Below are positions 10,306 through 19,649 of a stretch of DNA of 64,000 nt, one piece after another; position 1 is the stretch's first letter; each line of letters begins with the position of its first letter. Origin of the DNA: an uncultured Victivallales bacterium (lineage in GTDB: Bacteria > Verrucomicrobiota > Lentisphaeria > Victivallales > UBA1829); NCBI GenBank assembly GCA_944391115.1, contig CALXSJ010000018.1, forward strand, positions 4,803-68,802, read 5' to 3'. The translations under genes and the position numbers were made by a program. The notes beneath the pieces are model-generated. The model was not told where the DNA came from and made no database searches. It saw only the letters and a program-made list of their open reading frames with translations.

Positions 10306-11484
10306 ATGAAAATGACTCTTGGACTGGCCGGAGCGCTTGCCGCATGCGTCCTTGCGGCGGCGCCCGCGGACAGCAGTATCGCTTTTGACAGCTCGAATTT
10401 CGAGGTTCTCCCGATCGGACAGGGCAAAGGGGAAAAACTCTACTTTGTAAAAGGAACGCTTTCCGTCAAGGCGCAGAATGGCAGTCCCTTCATCTGCGGA
10501 ACGGCGCGTCATCCCGTCACGCCGGGAGGAATCGCCAGGGCCTCGGTCAAGGCGAAAGGCAAAGGGAAAGCTGGAATCATGATTTATTCTTTCGGTCCGG
10601 ACGGGAAATGCGTGGGATGGCAGACCACCGGAGTCCGGAACCTGAAGGAAGATGCGCCGGTCACGCTTTCCAGCGAGGTCCGCATCTCCCCGCATTACAC
10701 AGGCGGCAGGGAGATCAAATCCATCGCATGGGGAATTTACGCGCTCCGGGGATGCGAGGGAATCTTTTCCGACTATCAGGCCGCCTATGAGGAAAAAACA
10801 CCGAATCCCACGCTGAAGCCCGCAAAATCGGAACGCGGCGGGATCATCGTCCGTACACGGAAACTCACGGAACAGGCGAAAGCGCTCGCGAAGCAGGGAA
10901 AAAGGCCGGGCGTCATGTTCCTCGGAGATTCCATCACGCAGGGCTGGGAACTGGACCCGAACGGAAAACTCCCCGGCGGCCTTGCCGTATGGAACAGGGA
11001 TTTCGCGCCGCTGGGCGCCGTCAATTTCGGTATTTCCGGAGAACGGGTCGAGCATGTTCTTTACCGCATTACGGAGTGCAATCAGCTTGTCTGCCGTCCG
11101 GAAATCGTCGTTTTGATGATCGGCACGAACAATCTCAACATGAATCCTCCGCCCGACACGCCGGAGAACATCGCCGCGGGCATCGACAACCTGCTCGCCG
11201 TCATCAGGCAGAAGGTTCCCGATACGAAAATCATTCTGGTTGCGGTCACGCCGCGCGGGGGCCCCTTCCCGACCGATGCCATCAACCGCTATCTGCCGGA
11301 CATTGCAAAAAAGCACGGAGCCGTCTATCTGGATCCGATCAAGGTCATGACGGACGGAACCGGAAATGCAAAGGACCGCACGGTCTTCCGCGACGGGTTG
11401 CATTTTTCGCCGAAGGGATATGAACGCTACGCTTCCGTGCTTCTTCCCGAGATTCTGAAACTGAAACAATCGTCCGGAAAATAA
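10306..11484 (+). CDS. Secreted SGNH/GDSL esterase with an N-terminal beta-sandwich-like domain
   Basis: Signal peptide; FLGDSIT, NFGISG, IGTNN and DGLH SGNH blocks. Confidence 0.85.
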   Translation: MKMTLGLAGALAACVLAAAPADSSIAFDSSNFEVLPIGQGKGEKLYFVKGTLSVKAQNGSPFICGTARHPVTPGGIARASVKAKGKGKAGIMIYSFGPDGKCVGWQTTGVRNLKEDAPVTLSSEVRISPHYTGGREIKSIAWGIYALRGCEGIFSDYQAAYEEKTPNPTLKPAKSERGGIIVRTRKLTEQAKALAKQGKRPGVMFLGDSITQGWELDPNGKLPGGLAVWNRDFAPLGAVNFGISGERVEHVLYRITECNQLVCRPEIVVLMIGTNNLNMNPPPDTPENIAAGIDNLLAVIRQKVPDTKIILVAVTPRGGPFPTDAINRYLPDIAKKHGAVYLDPIKVMTDGTGNAKDRTVFRDGLHFSPKGYERYASVLLPEILKLKQSSGK

Positions 11485-11533
11485 GGGTGTGCGGAGATTC
11501 CGGATCCTGGAAACACTCACCGGAGACATTGCA

Positions 11534-14449
11534 ATGCTGAAAAAAATCATCTTATTCTTTCTGAGTCTGTGCGCGCTGCCGCTTCTCGCGGACTTCACGC
11601 TGGTTGAAAACGGCAGTCCGTGCGCCGCGATTGTCCTTGCCGGCAAACCCACCCGTTCGGCGCAGCTCGCGGCGCTTGAACTGCAGCACATCGTCCGTCT
11701 CATCACCGGAGCCGCCCTTCCGATCGTGAAAGAGCCGGGCCGGATTCAGGGAACCGCCATCCATGTCGGCGCGACATCCGCGGCGGAGAAAGCGGGACTG
11801 AAGCGGAATGGATTCTCCGGAGAGGAATACGCCGTGCGTTTCACGGAGGATTCCATCCTCCTCGCAGGCAACGACGATCCCGACTTCGGCACGGTCAACT
11901 ACCGCGATCCCAGAACCTTTCCCTCCTTCAACCAGAACCTGCACGCCACGCTGTATGCAGTCTATGATTTCCTGGAGGATTGCTGCGATGTCCGCTTTTA
12001 TCTCCCCGGAGACATCGGGGTCGCCTTCACGCCGCGGAAGACGCTGACGGTCAAACCGGTCCGGATCCGGCGGAAACCGGCGATGGAGGGAATGCGCTCC
12101 CAGAATTTCATCGGAATATGGACGGACAGGCATCCGTTTTTCCGGAACCGGGACACGGAACTGCTCCGCTTCCGCTGGAGAACGATCAACCTGTACGGCA
12201 TGAGCAATCACAACACGGCAAGTCTCTGGTACCGCTACTGGGGACGCGCCAAACATAAAACGCTGGGCGCGCTCTTCCGGGAAAAACGCAAGGACTATTT
12301 CGCACAGGGGTATGACGGGCGCTTTCTCGGCATGATGCCATACGCCTATCCGAACGATCCGGACATCCCCGGACAGGTCTGCACCACCCATCCCGATGTC
12401 ATCCGCTATTTTGCCGGAGAGGTGGTCAACGCATACCGGGGCGGGCAGAATCCCGGCACCGCCTATCCGAATTTCAAACGGGTGAAGGGCATCCCCTTCC
12501 GCTATCCGATGCTGAGCGAGGACAACAACTGGGACTGCCGGTGCGCCCGCTGCACGGCGCGCTACGGCTCCCTCTCCCGGGAGGAGGCGGCGACAAGACG
12601 GTATTTTGATTTTATCAACGCCATCGCGAAAGAGGCGGAGAAGGAGGAGCCGGAGGCGGGAATCGCCGCGGGAGTCTATGGAAAACTGTATCTCGAAGGA
12701 CTCCCCCTCCACCGGAATCTCTCCCTCCAGCACATGATGGGCATCCACGCCTGGTATCTTCCCGGCAACCGGGAAGAGCAGCTCCGGCGCTACAGGGAAT
12801 GGCGGAAACACACGGGAAAGCGCCAGACCGCATTATGGACCTACATGCTCAGTCCGAAATGGGAGGCGACGAGACTCTACAAGTATCAGAACTTCTTCCC
12901 CGGTTTTTATCCCAATGCAATCATTGACATCTTCCAGTCGTTCATCCGCGACGGCGTCAGCGGATGGTTCGCGGAGGTGTTTCTGGAATGCAACTTCCTG
13001 GAGGTTTATCTCGCCATGCATATCTGCGACAAACCGCAGGACGACGCAAGAAAACTCCTCGCCGAATTTTATCCGCGCTTTTTCGGCCCCGCCGCGGAAC
13101 CGATGAAAGCCTATTACACGGAAGTGGAACACACCTTCTGGAATGCGGACAACTATCCGGAGGAGGTCCGCCGCCGTTACACAGGATGCCTCAACCTGGG
13201 AACGCATACGGACCGGATCAACTGGGCGCTCGGCACCCCGGAACGCCTGGCAAAGCTAGACGGCTTCATCCGGCGGGCCGAATCCCTTGCCAAGGACGCG
13301 CCCTACAGGGACCGCGTGAAGCTTTTCCGCAGGATGATCCACGATCAGATGATGCGCGGGCGGAAGGAATTTGAAAAACGGGAAAGCATCCGGAATTCGC
13401 CGATTCCGCAGATCGGCGTTCCGCTGATCCCCTCCGCGGGAGGCGACGCGCGGAAGGTCGACTTCGGGAAAGCGGAGAAACTCCCTCCCATGAAGACGCT
13501 CTTCAACAAAACAGGAGCCTTCGGAACGGAACTCCGCATCGCATACGACAGGGATCACCTCTATCTCAGCTACGCCGAATCCGCCTGTCCGGAATCCAAA
13601 GTGAAAAACGATCCCTGGCAGGACTCGCTGGAAATTTTCTTCGGCAGAACGACAGGCTTTCCCTATCATCACTATCTGATTGCAAAGGACGGCACCATCA
13701 CGAACTACAGACATCAGGAGATCAACGGCGTGACAAGTTTTGCAAAAACGTCATGCAGCGCCCGGATCTTTGACAACAAGGTCGATCCCGCCACCGGAAG
13801 CTGGAGCTTCAAAGCCGCGCTTTCCATGCGGGAGCTGGTGCCGGAAGGACCGGTCAGACCGAACAGCGTCCTCAATATGAACATCATGCGGACCCTTCTC
13901 GGCGCAGGAGTTCCCAGCCTCTCCTGGAGCCCGACTTTCGATAAACAGTATCTGGCCAGCCTGTTCCGCATGGGTAAAATCACGTTCACAAGCGTGGAGC
14001 CCTGCCAGGTCGATCTCAAGGGGGATTTCCGGAACATGAAGCGGCTGCTGGACTGGCGGATCCCCTCTCATATGGCGAAAAACGGCACAGCGGCCCTGAC
14101 CCCGGACGGTCTGGTGATGACAAAGCAAAAGGGAACGTTCTTTGTCTCGTCCGTGCGCGGATTCTCCATCGGGAGCGGCAATACGCTGGAGGTTTCGGTC
14201 GAGGCATGCGGCGATACGGAGCTGAACATCGCAATCCTCGGATATGTCAAACGCCCGGACGGAAAGCAGACGGAAGCGACCTATCAGGCTCTTCCACTCA
14301 AACTCACGCCCGGCATGAAAACCAGCAGAATCCGCTTTCAGATCAAAGACAGTCCGAAACACGGGCGGGTCAATTTTGCAAAAATCATCGCCGGACCGCA
14401 GAAGCCGGGAAAGCTTACACTGGGAACAATCAGAGCGGAAATCAAGTAA
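11534..14449 (+). CDS. Secreted DUF4838-like protein with a C-terminal CBM9-like region
   Basis: Signal peptide, GH20b/GH67-like N-domain (AALELQHIVRLITGA, TLYAVYDFLE), DNNWDCRCARC motif, FYPRFFGPAAEPM, DSLEIFF. Confidence 0.65.
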   Translation: MLKKIILFFLSLCALPLLADFTLVENGSPCAAIVLAGKPTRSAQLAALELQHIVRLITGAALPIVKEPGRIQGTAIHVGATSAAEKAGLKRNGFSGEEYAVRFTEDSILLAGNDDPDFGTVNYRDPRTFPSFNQNLHATLYAVYDFLEDCCDVRFYLPGDIGVAFTPRKTLTVKPVRIRRKPAMEGMRSQNFIGIWTDRHPFFRNRDTELLRFRWRTINLYGMSNHNTASLWYRYWGRAKHKTLGALFREKRKDYFAQGYDGRFLGMMPYAYPNDPDIPGQVCTTHPDVIRYFAGEVVNAYRGGQNPGTAYPNFKRVKGIPFRYPMLSEDNNWDCRCARCTARYGSLSREEAATRRYFDFINAIAKEAEKEEPEAGIAAGVYGKLYLEGLPLHRNLSLQHMMGIHAWYLPGNREEQLRRYREWRKHTGKRQTALWTYMLSPKWEATRLYKYQNFFPGFYPNAIIDIFQSFIRDGVSGWFAEVFLECNFLEVYLAMHICDKPQDDARKLLAEFYPRFFGPAAEPMKAYYTEVEHTFWNADNYPEEVRRRYTGCLNLGTHTDRINWALGTPERLAKLDGFIRRAESLAKDAPYRDRVKLFRRMIHDQMMRGRKEFEKRESIRNSPIPQIGVPLIPSAGGDARKVDFGKAEKLPPMKTLFNKTGAFGTELRIAYDRDHLYLSYAESACPESKVKNDPWQDSLEIFFGRTTGFPYHHYLIAKDGTITNYRHQEINGVTSFAKTSCSARIFDNKVDPATGSWSFKAALSMRELVPEGPVRPNSVLNMNIMRTLLGAGVPSLSWSPTFDKQYLASLFRMGKITFTSVEPCQVDLKGDFRNMKRLLDWRIPSHMAKNGTAALTPDGLVMTKQKGTFFVSSVRGFSIGSGNTLEVSVEACGDTELNIAILGYVKRPDGKQTEATYQALPLKLTPGMKTSRIRFQIKDSPKHGRVNFAKIIAGPQKPGKLTLGTIRAEIK

Positions 14450-14548
14450 CCAGGAACTCCGCCGCAGCTCTTCCGGATGAAGACGTGGCGGGGAAAAACG
14501 CTCCGGCAAGGATCCGGCCCGCTCCAAAACAGAAGGGAAACAGTTGAA

Positions 14549-15373
14549 ATGGAAAGAGATGCAGGACAGAGAACCGCCCCCCTCCCCGCGGGGAAGGCAG
14601 AACGGCGGGATTTCACATTGGTGGAGCTCCTCGTCGTGATTGCGATCATCGCGATTCTGGCATCCATGCTTCTTCCGGCCCTCAGCCGGGCAAGAAACGC
14701 GGCCAAAGGAGTTCAGTGCGTTTCCAATGCCCGGCAGCTCGGCATTGCACAGGGGCTTTACATTGACACCTTTTCCTACTATCCGCCCTATTCCATGGGA
14801 GGAGCGGACTACACATGGGCCTCTCTGTTCGCCGGAATGCTCTGGAACACAAGTTATTCCCTGGCAGATCATTATGACAGGATCACCTCCGGAAGCGTTT
14901 TCCGCTGCCCGGTTCAGATCGACTGGGTGGATCTGACAAAAAACCAGCGGACCATGTCCTATATCAGCTATGCCTGGAACGGGGTGCTGTTCGGCTGGCA
15001 GGACTATTCCGGCACACTGAATGATCCGGCGGCGGAAAAGAAGACTCCGGTCAAATCGGGATCCCTGAAAAATCCGGCAAAAACACTCTGTGCCGGCGAA
15101 GGATGGAATTCCGCCGAAGCGACGTACGGCAGCAGAACGTATGCCATACGGCATGTGGGCTCCGCCACGATCGCCTCCACCTCCTCAAATCTTGCATTCC
15201 GCCATTTGAGGAAAATGAGCGTGCTGTACGGGGACGGTCATGTCGCACAGGAACAGCAGCGCTGGATCATACGCGGCAATCCGATTTACTGCCCATGGAA
15301 TTCGGAAAACAGAGGCCTTGACGACGCATCCATCGGTGTCAAGCCGGCCGTTCCGACCGCACCCTACAATTGA
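14549..15373 (+). CDS. Prepilin-type H-X9-DG protein (DUF1559-like)
   Basis: [43 protein letters not shown]. Confidence 0.9.
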   Translation: MERDAGQRTAPLPAGKAERRDFTLVELLVVIAIIAILASMLLPALSRARNAAKGVQCVSNARQLGIAQGLYIDTFSYYPPYSMGGADYTWASLFAGMLWNTSYSLADHYDRITSGSVFRCPVQIDWVDLTKNQRTMSYISYAWNGVLFGWQDYSGTLNDPAAEKKTPVKSGSLKNPAKTLCAGEGWNSAEATYGSRTYAIRHVGSATIASTSSNLAFRHLRKMSVLYGDGHVAQEQQRWIIRGNPIYCPWNSENRGLDDASIGVKPAVPTAPYN

Positions 15374-15447
15374 AATACGGAAGACCGTCTTCAGAAAAAC
15401 ATTCAGAAAAAAAAGATTGAAATTCAGAACAGAAAGAGGAAAACACC

Positions 15448-15912
15448 ATGAAAAAACACCTGCTCGCTGCGCTTCTTGCAACGGGGCTCTGCATTCCTGC
15501 GCTTGCACAGAAAACGCCGGCGGCCGCACCGAAATCCGGAGAAATCGTCAATCTGATCCCGAAAAAGTTCCAGTCTTTCAGCAGGATCACGAAAGGCGGG
15601 AGAAGCGCCGCGATCAAGGTCATCCCCGGAAAGAGCTACCTCATCACCGCCGCCGTAAAGCTGGCGAACCCCTCCACCAATCCGGAGACCGCGCTCCGGT
15701 TCGCCATTCAGGAAAAAGGGAAAAAGGGGGTCCGCCTGTTTGAATGGCACAAACTGACCGCCGAGAATTTCACGAATCTTTCTCTGCTTTACAAGGCGCC
15801 GGAAAAAGTCACCGAAATTACAATTATTCTCAAGCCGCGCTTCACATCCGAAGAAATCGGCGTCTGCAAGGAATTAAAGGCGGTGGAAGTCAGCGAGGAT
15901 CTGGATGAATAA
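15448..15912 (+). CDS. Small secreted protein, possible carbohydrate-binding beta-sandwich
   Basis: Signal peptide MKKHLLAALLA; GAGGA RBS; overlaps the next gene by 8 nt. Confidence 0.65.
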   Translation: MKKHLLAALLATGLCIPALAQKTPAAAPKSGEIVNLIPKKFQSFSRITKGGRSAAIKVIPGKSYLITAAVKLANPSTNPETALRFAIQEKGKKGVRLFEWHKLTAENFTNLSLLYKAPEKVTEITIILKPRFTSEEIGVCKELKAVEVSEDLDE

Positions 15913-18298
15913 AAACAAACATCTGCTGCTTCTGCTGCTTTCCGCCGCTCCGCTGCTTCCGCTGACAGGATTCGACATCGTCAAAGACGGACGCGCGGCG
16001 GCCGTCATTCACGTGCAATCCGGTCTTCCCCGGCGCGTATCAAAGGCAGTCGAATGTTTCCGGGCGGATGTCAAGGCCATGACCGGAGCCGGGCTGGAAC
16101 TGCGGAACGAAGGGAAAAACAAAATAGAGGTCATCTGCCTGAAATCCGGGCCGAATAGTGACAACACCGCACAAGTCTCCTTTCCCGCAGAAAACACCAT
16201 GCGGATCACCGGCGGCGTTTACGCTCTGGCCAGAATCTTTCCGCTTCTGACGGAACACTTCGGCGGCGTGGTGCGTGTTTATCCGGGAGAAGACGGAACG
16301 CATTATCCGGAAACAAAAGACTTCTCCATTCCGGAACGGCCGTTCACATTTCAGCCGGTCTTCGACCTGAACCGCGCACTTTCCAATCAGGACAACACCT
16401 ATCTGGATACGCTTGGGGCGAAATGGAGCATTGACTGCGCGCACAACATTCCGCGGTACATTCTGCCGGTCAGGGAATATCTCCAGACCGGAAAATGGCC
16501 TGCGCCGGAAGTCTTCCCGGTCATCGGGGGAAAGCGTCTCGACATGAAGCGGGAGTTCAGAAAATTCGCTCCCGGGTATCAGAGCGATTTCCAGCCCTGC
16601 CATACCAGTCCGCAGTCCGTCGCGGAGGCAGTCGGAAACATTGACGCCTATCTGCGGAAACATCCGGAAACCGTGTCTATCTCCCTCTCCCCCAACGACA
16701 ACCGCGGCTACTGCGAATGCACGCAGTGCGCGGCGCACAACGCGGGACGCACCAATACGGCGGTCCGCATGTTCGGTCCGGCCAATCTGTACAAGGATCA
16801 TGCCCGGAGTTACTTCCAGTGGTGCAACCGGGTGGCGGAGGAGGTCCTGAAACGGCATCCCGATATCCGCTTCGGCACGCTGGCCTACCGGGAAACCCAC
16901 ATGGCGCCGGATTTTAAAATCAATCCCGCCATCGTGGTTTATCTCTGCTTCGACTTCGGATGCGCACAATATCCGGATGTCAGGAAACGCCTGAACGCCT
17001 GGATCGGGGAATGGGCAAAAACCGGAGCGACGCTCGGCGTCTGGGAATACGGATTCGGCGACTCCTACTATACACTGCCGAGAGTCGGCTTCCGGAACCA
17101 GGCGGAAATCTTCCGCCACCTTGCGGACAACGGATTCCGGGCGTTTTTCGGGGAAGGCGCCGAATCCCTTGCCGACGGTCCGAAACGCTATCTCTACATG
17201 AAACTCATGGAGGAGCCGCGCGCGGACATTGACAAACTTCTGCGGGAATGGTACTCCGCCTGCGTCGGAGAAGAGGCCGCACCCCATCTGAAAAAATATT
17301 TCGATTTCTGGGAGGCTTACTGGCCGGAAAGAGCTTCGCTCACCACGTTTTCCGAAAGCAGAAATGCGATCTATCACACCATGACGCCGTTCGGGCCTTA
17401 TATGTACGGCCTTCGGAAGGGCGATATGGAATACTGCCGGAAACAGATGGAAAACATGCTGGCGGCGGCGGAACGGAGCGGAACGGATTCCCAGAAGAAA
17501 CGGGCGCACCGCCTGATGGAGACTTTCGAATATTTCGATTCCTGCGCAAAGGCATGTTTCGCCGGTATTCTGCCGCCTTCCGGAGCGCCGGAAAACGCGA
17601 AGCAGGCGCGCGCGGTCCTCCGGGCACTTCCGGACGCGGAACAGGCGTTTGAAAAACGCCGGAAACAGCTGGATCAATGGGTGGCGGATCCTGCTCTTGC
17701 CTGGTGGAAGGGAATCCGGAAAATGGCGCAGAAGAGTGTCACGTCCCCGACGGAGAAAGCGCTCGCCCTGACCGCCGGATTCGCGCAGGACCCGTATGTC
17801 CGGGAGGAATTGAGAGCCATTGCGGGAAACAAAAAACTGCCGCTGACGGCCAGGCACATCGCCAATACGATTGTGAAATCCCAGAAGGAAAACAACCTCC
17901 TGCTCGACAATCCGGGTTCCGCCCCCCTGGCAAAGGAGAAACATACCGTTGTCTTCCCGCTGAAAAACGGGGAATGGCAGCATGACATCCCGCTTTCAAA
18001 AGGCAAATATCTGGTAAGGATGAAAATCGCCGTTCCGAAGGAATGCGCGATGGAGGAAGGGGCATGGCTCAATCTGCGCCTCCAGGGGAGAACCGCCTTC
18101 GGAAAACCGGCGGGCGCCTTTCTGGATTCCCCGAAAATCCGGCCGGAAGCAGGGCAGAACTATCTGCTTTACAATACACTGGAACTCGGAGAGCGGGCGG
18201 CGAAACTTCAGATCACCGCCAATTTGTTCCACTTCAAGGCGGGTTCCAGGGTTGTGATTTCGAATATCGCCGTCATTCCGGTCGGTGCGTCCGAATAA
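15905..18298 (+). CDS. Secreted DUF4838-like protein
   Basis: Signal peptide, FDIVKDGR, SLSPNDNRGYCECTQC, GTLAY, LGVWEY. Confidence 0.7.
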   Translation: MNKNKHLLLLLLSAAPLLPLTGFDIVKDGRAAAVIHVQSGLPRRVSKAVECFRADVKAMTGAGLELRNEGKNKIEVICLKSGPNSDNTAQVSFPAENTMRITGGVYALARIFPLLTEHFGGVVRVYPGEDGTHYPETKDFSIPERPFTFQPVFDLNRALSNQDNTYLDTLGAKWSIDCAHNIPRYILPVREYLQTGKWPAPEVFPVIGGKRLDMKREFRKFAPGYQSDFQPCHTSPQSVAEAVGNIDAYLRKHPETVSISLSPNDNRGYCECTQCAAHNAGRTNTAVRMFGPANLYKDHARSYFQWCNRVAEEVLKRHPDIRFGTLAYRETHMAPDFKINPAIVVYLCFDFGCAQYPDVRKRLNAWIGEWAKTGATLGVWEYGFGDSYYTLPRVGFRNQAEIFRHLADNGFRAFFGEGAESLADGPKRYLYMKLMEEPRADIDKLLREWYSACVGEEAAPHLKKYFDFWEAYWPERASLTTFSESRNAIYHTMTPFGPYMYGLRKGDMEYCRKQMENMLAAAERSGTDSQKKRAHRLMETFEYFDSCAKACFAGILPPSGAPENAKQARAVLRALPDAEQAFEKRRKQLDQWVADPALAWWKGIRKMAQKSVTSPTEKALALTAGFAQDPYVREELRAIAGNKKLPLTARHIANTIVKSQKENNLLLDNPGSAPLAKEKHTVVFPLKNGEWQHDIPLSKGKYLVRMKIAVPKECAMEEGAWLNLRLQGRTAFGKPAGAFLDSPKIRPEAGQNYLLYNTLELGERAAKLQITANLFHFKAGSRVVISNIAVIPVGASE

Positions 18299-18430
18299 AT
18301 TACCGCGAGGCAAGCATGTGCGGTATCGGGAATTTCGTCCGCGGCGACCAGCTTGCGCAGCTGGACCGCGGCAGGACTAAAAGGAAAGCACGAATCAAAA
18401 CTGCTATCGCAATTTTTTTTAATTTTTTTG
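18296..18430 (+). repeat. Multi-hairpin dispersed repeat, copy 1 (135 bp, 3' half degenerate)
   Basis: TAAATTACCGCG...CCAGCT..AGCTGGACCGCGGCAGGACT...AATTTTTTTG; lies in tandem with copy 2. Confidence 0.85.
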
Positions 18431-18432
18431 AA

Positions 18433-18580
18433 TAAATTACCGCGATGCAAGCATGCGCGGTATTGGGAATTTCGCCTCCGGCGACCAGCTTACGCAGCTG
18501 GACCGCGGCAGGACTGAGAGTCCTGCACGAAGCAATTTTTGGCGATGCAGAGCATCGCGGTATTAACCTAAATTTTTTTG
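18433..18580 (+). repeat. Multi-hairpin dispersed repeat, copy 2 (148 bp, MITE/REP-like)
   Basis: 146/148 identical to 58747-58894; subterminal inverted repeat TACCGCGATGC/GCATCGCGGTA. Confidence 0.9.
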
Positions 18581-18719
18581 AATAAAGAAAACGCCCCCGG
18601 ATGCAGACGGCGTCTGATGAATGAGATCCGGAAAACAGTTTTCCGTCCGGGACAGCCCCGGCCCGGACGGATGATGCGGGAATCCAGCTTTTTCCGCAAG
18701 GTTCCCGCACTTTTCCCGT

Positions 18720-19649
18720 CTAGTCTTCAAAGAGCAGTTTCATGACGGCCGCCCTGTGCTTCCGCTCCGCCGCGCCCCGCTGCGTTTCCAGTTTTGCCAG
18801 ATTTTCGGCAAAGACATCCGCCTTGACGGAATATTCCGCAGGATTTCTTTCAATCGCGTCAAGCACGGAAGCGACTCCCGGATTCGCCGCAATCACATCC
18901 TGCCAGAAATAGTCGCCGCGGATCGAGCGCCAGCGCTGAATCAGGGAAATCCAGTGGGGACGGCTCAGGGATTTCTTCACTTTCGCGGCCGCCGCGGCGG
19001 GCACCTTCTTCAGGATCATCCTGCCGAATCCCTGCTCGGACTTGAAACTGCCCTTCTGGAAAGACCAGCTCGAAAGTTCCTTTTTCGGGGTGGAATTCCG
19101 GCAGAGATTGAACGGAATCGCAAGGTCTCCGCGCTGCGGCGCAACTCCAAGCAGATAAAGCGGAATGCAGAATTCCGCCATCCAGCGGTCCTTTTCCATC
19201 CGGCTTTTCGCGATCCATCCGGTCTGGTGCCCGGTCCGGACGGAGGTCTTGCCGGGAATCTCCTCATTGGCATTGTTGCGCGCACTGTAAATCAGATGAA
19301 TCATTTCATCCTTCAGCGGAATCAGGAAGACTTCCACCACATCGCAGAGCCAGAACTCGATATAGTTGTGTTCATCGGCCAGCTTGTCCATGTTCGGCTC
19401 AAGGCACTCCGCCGCGATGTACAATGCGTCATCCGTGTAAAGCGCCTTGAAACGGGTGTCGGCATCCGGTTTTCCCCCCGTGACGCGTTTTTCAAAACCG
19501 TCGCTCCACGGCACATTTTTCCAGGCGGAATCCCCTTCGATCCTTCCGTCCAAGACCGGATGAACGGCGGAATACTCCGCCTTGTACTCTTTCCGCGCGG
19601 CATGACAGGTCAATGCGCACAGAAAAACCAGAATCAGGATCTTTTTCAT
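18720..19649 (-). CDS. Secreted CBM9-like (DOMON) domain protein, cassette A
   Basis: PVLDG..D.AW, TRFKALYTDDALYIA, DVVEVFL, WMAEFCIP; paralog of 24363-25304. Confidence 0.7.
   Translation of the reverse strand: MKKILILVFLCALTCHAARKEYKAEYSAVHPVLDGRIEGDSAWKNVPWSDGFEKRVTGGKPDADTRFKALYTDDALYIAAECLEPNMDKLADEHNYIEFWLCDVVEVFLIPLKDEMIHLIYSARNNANEEIPGKTSVRTGHQTGWIAKSRMEKDRWMAEFCIPLYLLGVAPQRGDLAIPFNLCRNSTPKKELSSWSFQKGSFKSEQGFGRMILKKVPAAAAAKVKKSLSRPHWISLIQRWRSIRGDYFWQDVIAANPGVASVLDAIERNPAEYSVKADVFAENLAKLETQRGAAERKHRAAVMKLLFED

Noticed and set aside
18296-18580. CRISPR array
   Set aside because: Units are 135-148 bp with no unique spacers, and there are no cas genes.
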